Assembly (NCBI GenBank): GCA_964021785.1
Contig: CAXIAX010000005.1
Span: 1 to 59,676 of the forward strand
Direction of reading: 5' to 3'
DNA: 59,676 nt
Origin: an uncultured Flavobacteriales bacterium
GTDB lineage: Bacteria; Bacteroidota; Bacteroidia; Flavobacteriales_D; CAJJDF01
Shown in pieces: positions 56,930-59,676 of the stretch. The position numbers were made by a program, and so were the translations under genes. The notes under the pieces were generated by a model that saw nothing but the letters and a program-made list of their open reading frames with translations, made no database searches and was not told where the DNA came from. Numbering within the stretch: the first letter of the stretch is position 1; each line of letters opens with the position of its first letter.

Positions 56930-58885
56930 TTACATTAAAATAATCCTATTTAACTTATCCGATATCAGTTTTTTTAACTCAATAAAAGTAAGTTGAGAGG
57001 TTAGCAAATCCATCATTTCTTGCTCATCTTCAACTGTTTTCAACTTCTCTTGAATCCCATGTATATTTATCTCAATTTTCTTTAATTGTAGTGCTAAAAC
57101 AGAGTGTTCTAAAGCAAATTTCAAGTTCATATCTTCTGTTGTCACATATATTCTATGCTTTTCTTTCCAATTTAAGCTCAATTCGTATTTATTAGAACTC
57201 AAAGAAACAACAGCTTCTACCAACTCCACATCTGTATTCAAAAATAGCTTTTTTACATCTATTTCTGTTTCTTCATGCACCCATTTAGAATAATGATTGA
57301 ATATTTTTTGATAAATAGAGCTTTCAAACTTTATTTCATCATTTTCTAAAGTATGTACTATATATTCAGCTGTTGTAATTACAATCTCTTCCACTTTCTC
57401 TTCTTCATCTTTCTGACGAAATACAACCTCTATGTCTCCGTAATTTACTAGCAAACGAATAACATCCTTTTCTAGATGATCCAACCCTGCATCTAAAGAA
57501 ATACTATTTTTAGGTTCTTCCTTATATTCCTGAACCGGAAATTCTTCTGCCTTATATTCGTTACTTCTTCTACCCGTTTTAAAATTATTCCTTAGTGTTT
57601 TGTTGAGTTCATTATAGAGCGCTTTTTCAGAAATATCAAATCTTGTAGAACATTCTGTCAGGTAGATTGAGCGTTTTACCTCATCATTAATAACTGCAAT
57701 GGTAGATAAAATCTCTTTTACCAAATCTGCTTTTTTTATTGGATCGTTTTTCGCATCCTCCAACAATAAATCACTTTTGAATCGTATAAAATCCTTAGAA
57801 TTCGTTTCTATAAAATCTTCTAACTCAGGCTTACTTAATTTCTTTGCATAAGAATCTGGATCTTCTCCATCAGGAAAAAGTACCACTTTTACATTCAGTC
57901 CCTCTTTTAGAATCATATCAATTCCACGGAAAGAAGCTTTTATTCCTGCCACATCTCCATCAAATAATATTGTAATGTTTGGCGTATACCTTTGTATCAA
58001 TTTTATCTGACCTTCTGTAAGTGAAGTTCCAGATGAACTTACTACATTTTCAATACCTCTTTGATGCAATGAAATAACATCAGTGTAACCTTCTACCAAT
58101 AGACAGACATTCTTTTTTACCATGTCTTTTTTGGCAAAGTAAAGCCCGTACAACACTTTACTCTTGTGATACAATTCACTCTCAGGCGAATTAAAATATT
58201 TTGCTGTTTTCTTATCGTTCGTTAGTATCCTTCCTCCAAATGCTATTACTCTTCCTGTAATATTATGGATAGGAAACATGACTCTTCCTTTAAAAAAATC
58301 GAATCTTTTATTAGGTTCTCCTTTGGTAAGTCCTGCTTTCAGTAAAAGCTCCTCTTTGTACCCTGCTTTTATAGCTGCAGAAGTAAATCCATCCCATTTA
58401 TTGGGATTATATCCCAACTGAAATTTCTCTATCGTTTCTATGGTATACCCCCTTTCCTTGAAATAGGACAAAGCAATTGATTTCCCTTCGTCTGTATTTA
58501 ATAATTGATCCGAAAAGAATTTTTGAGCATATGAATTTACAATCTGCAAAGACTCCCTACTTGACTGAGCTTGCATCTGCTCAGGGGACTGTTCTTTTTC
58601 TTCTATTACAATACTATATTTTTTGGCTAAATGACGCAATGCTTCTGGATAAGACATTTGCTCATGCTCCATTACAAAATTTACTGCGTTCCCTGCTTTT
58701 CCACACCCAAAACATTTGTATATTCCTTTGGTAGGAGAAACCGTAAATGAGGGTGATTTTTCATTATGAAATGGGCAATTCCCAATCATATTCACTCCTC
58801 TTTTTTTGAGGGTAATATAATCTTGAATCACTTCCTCTACTCGAGCAGATTCAAATATTTGCGCTATGGTATCTTGTGGTATCAT
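56930..58885 (-). CDS. dnaG: DNA primase
   Basis: 651 aa. Zinc-binding motif CPFHNEKSPSF...CFGCG and TOPRIM motifs (EGYTDV, DGDVAG). Confidence 0.93.
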   Translation of the reverse strand: MIPQDTIAQIFESARVEEVIQDYITLKKRGVNMIGNCPFHNEKSPSFTVSPTKGIYKCFGCGKAGNAVNFVMEHEQMSYPEALRHLAKKYSIVIEEKEQSPEQMQAQSSRESLQIVNSYAQKFFSDQLLNTDEGKSIALSYFKERGYTIETIEKFQLGYNPNKWDGFTSAAIKAGYKEELLLKAGLTKGEPNKRFDFFKGRVMFPIHNITGRVIAFGGRILTNDKKTAKYFNSPESELYHKSKVLYGLYFAKKDMVKKNVCLLVEGYTDVISLHQRGIENVVSSSGTSLTEGQIKLIQRYTPNITILFDGDVAGIKASFRGIDMILKEGLNVKVVLFPDGEDPDSYAKKLSKPELEDFIETNSKDFIRFKSDLLLEDAKNDPIKKADLVKEILSTIAVINDEVKRSIYLTECSTRFDISEKALYNELNKTLRNNFKTGRRSNEYKAEEFPVQEYKEEPKNSISLDAGLDHLEKDVIRLLVNYGDIEVVFRQKDEEEKVEEIVITTAEYIVHTLENDEIKFESSIYQKIFNHYSKWVHEETEIDVKKLFLNTDVELVEAVVSLSSNKYELSLNWKEKHRIYVTTEDMNLKFALEHSVLALQLKKIEINIHGIQEKLKTVEDEQEMMDLLTSQLTFIELKKLISDKLNRIILM

Positions 58886-58948
58886 AAATATTGATATACA
58901 AAGGTAAGTATTTATGATGTTAATATTCTCACTTAATTTAGGCGAATC

Positions 58949-58969
58949 ATTCCAAATTTAATTTGGAAT
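58949..58969. repeat. Perfect 21-nt palindrome ATTCCAAAT-TTA-ATTTGGAAT (copy 1)
   Basis: Read directly from the sequence. 9-bp arms. Lies in the 285-bp divergent spacer between dnaG and the downstream membrane-protein gene. Confidence 0.7.
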
Positions 58970-59063
58970 CTAAGGTTATGAAAATCAATCACTCTTACTA
59001 AGGGTTAAATGATACAGTTTCGAAAACATCTTCTTGTAAAAGCAACTATCTGTAAAACAAAAG

Positions 59064-59084
59064 ATTCCAAATCAAGTTTGGAAT
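59064..59084. repeat. Palindrome ATTCCAAA-TCAAG-TTTGGAAT (copy 2)
   Basis: Read directly from the sequence. 8-bp arms identical to copy 1, with the centre 115 bp downstream of copy 1. Confidence 0.7.
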
Positions 59085-59170
59085 GACAGATGAATAAAGA
59101 TGCTGAAAAAAAAATCAGCACTACTAATTAAGAAATAGATGGTTTCTTCTATTTTTTCTTAATTTTAACC

Positions 59171-59676
59171 ATGAAAATGATTTTCAAAAAACTGTTTCCG
59201 ATAATTATCATCTGTTTTCTCGGAGCAATTTTTCATTACAATCACATGAATGATTTTCCCTCGCACACTCATGCTTGGGCACAAAGTGATAGGTATGCCA
59301 TTTCAAAAAGTTTTGTGAATAATGGATTAAATTTATTTGAACCAGAAACTTATTTACTAAACCCTCAGTTCCCTGATTTTTGGGAAACACCACAAAAAGA
59401 AAGTATTACTTCCGTAGATTTTCCTTTTCACGATTACATTCCGGCAGTTTTTATGAAAATAACTGGGATAGATTCGCCTTGGGTGGTCCGGTTCTACAAT
59501 TTACTATACAGTTTTCTTGGACTTTTCTTTTTGTACAAACTGGCTTTGTTTTACCTCAACAATGAATTAAAAGCTCTTTTTATTACCATTTTTGCCGCTA
59601 CTTCTCCTGTTTTCTTATTCTATCAAAATAGTTTTATCCCTACCATTCCCTCTTTGGCTAATGCAATAATTAGCAT
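59171..59676 (+). CDS. Partial (5' end) polytopic membrane protein, possibly GT-C-type glycosyltransferase (ArnT/PMT-like)
   Basis: Open frame read by eye from ATG 59171 to the window edge with no stop: MKMIFKKLFPIIIICFLGAIFHYNHMNDFPSHTHAWAQSDRYAIS...FLGLFFLYKLALFYL.... Absent from the ORF track because it is truncated. The function call is tentative. Confidence 0.5.
   Translation, partial: MKMIFKKLFPIIIICFLGAIFHYNHMNDFPSHTHAWAQSDRYAISKSFVNNGLNLFEPETYLLNPQFPDFWETPQKESITSVDFPFHDYIPAVFMKITGIDSPWVVRFYNLLYSFLGLFFLYKLALFYLNNELKALFITIFAATSPVFLFYQNSFIPTIPSLANAIIS

Noticed and set aside
1-59676. CRISPR arrays, tRNA/rRNA genes, transposases, integrases, prophage or known defence-system genes
   Set aside because: I inspected every intergenic spacer longer than ~80 bp and all ORF translations. 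I found no repeat-spacer structure, no cloverleaf-like sequence, and no nuclease, helicase, recombinase or toxin-antitoxin signatures. The window reads as core chromosome.

Overview
AT-rich chromosomal window that looks like core genome of a Bacteroidota (Flavobacteriia-like) bacterium. The taxonomic cues are a T9SS type-B C-terminal sorting domain, TAnnTTTG-type -7 boxes, the rplM-rpsI-rpsB-tsf-pyrH-frr arrangement, and a GH3-family gene. About 58 protein-coding genes fill nearly all of the sequence. Housekeeping genes: uvrC, folC, dxr, dxs, rseP, tilS, gcvH, folE, sufA-sufB, frr, pyrH, tsf, rpsB, rpsI, rplM, dnaG, ctaA, cysQ. Envelope and transport genes: nhaD, exbB-exbD-tonB-like, a second tonB, a TonB-dependent receptor, an OmpA-family protein, YceI, an M23 peptidase, and a 1367-aa T9SS adhesin. 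Signalling genes: a sigma-54 two-component pair, a LytS/LytTR pair, and an orphan membrane histidine kinase. I found no rRNA, tRNA, CRISPR array, transposase, integrase, prophage or recognisable defence gene, so most of the window is ordinary. The most interesting locus is 9072-16588. A soluble histidine kinase and an NtrC-class sigma-54 activator sit next to a -24/-12-like promoter. That promoter appears to drive a tightly packed operon encoding a 90-aa protein with two C-x2-C-x5-C-x11/12-C motifs, a canonical glutamate dehydrogenase, a three-subunit proton-translocating transhydrogenase (PntAA/AB/B) and a Gre-like Rnk factor. Secondary points: a second Glu/Leu/Phe/Val-dehydrogenase paralog with the Leu/Val/Phe-dehydrogenase-type GGTRM signature in place of the glutamate-type K-G-G-L-R-F; a sufA-sufB pair cut off by a convergent adhesin gene with a 1-nt spacer; two copies of a TTCCAAA/TTTGGAA palindrome in the dnaG upstream spacer; two unannotated small membrane ORFs; and several conserved-looking proteins of unknown function. 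All functional calls come from motif recognition in the supplied translations. No database search was possible.
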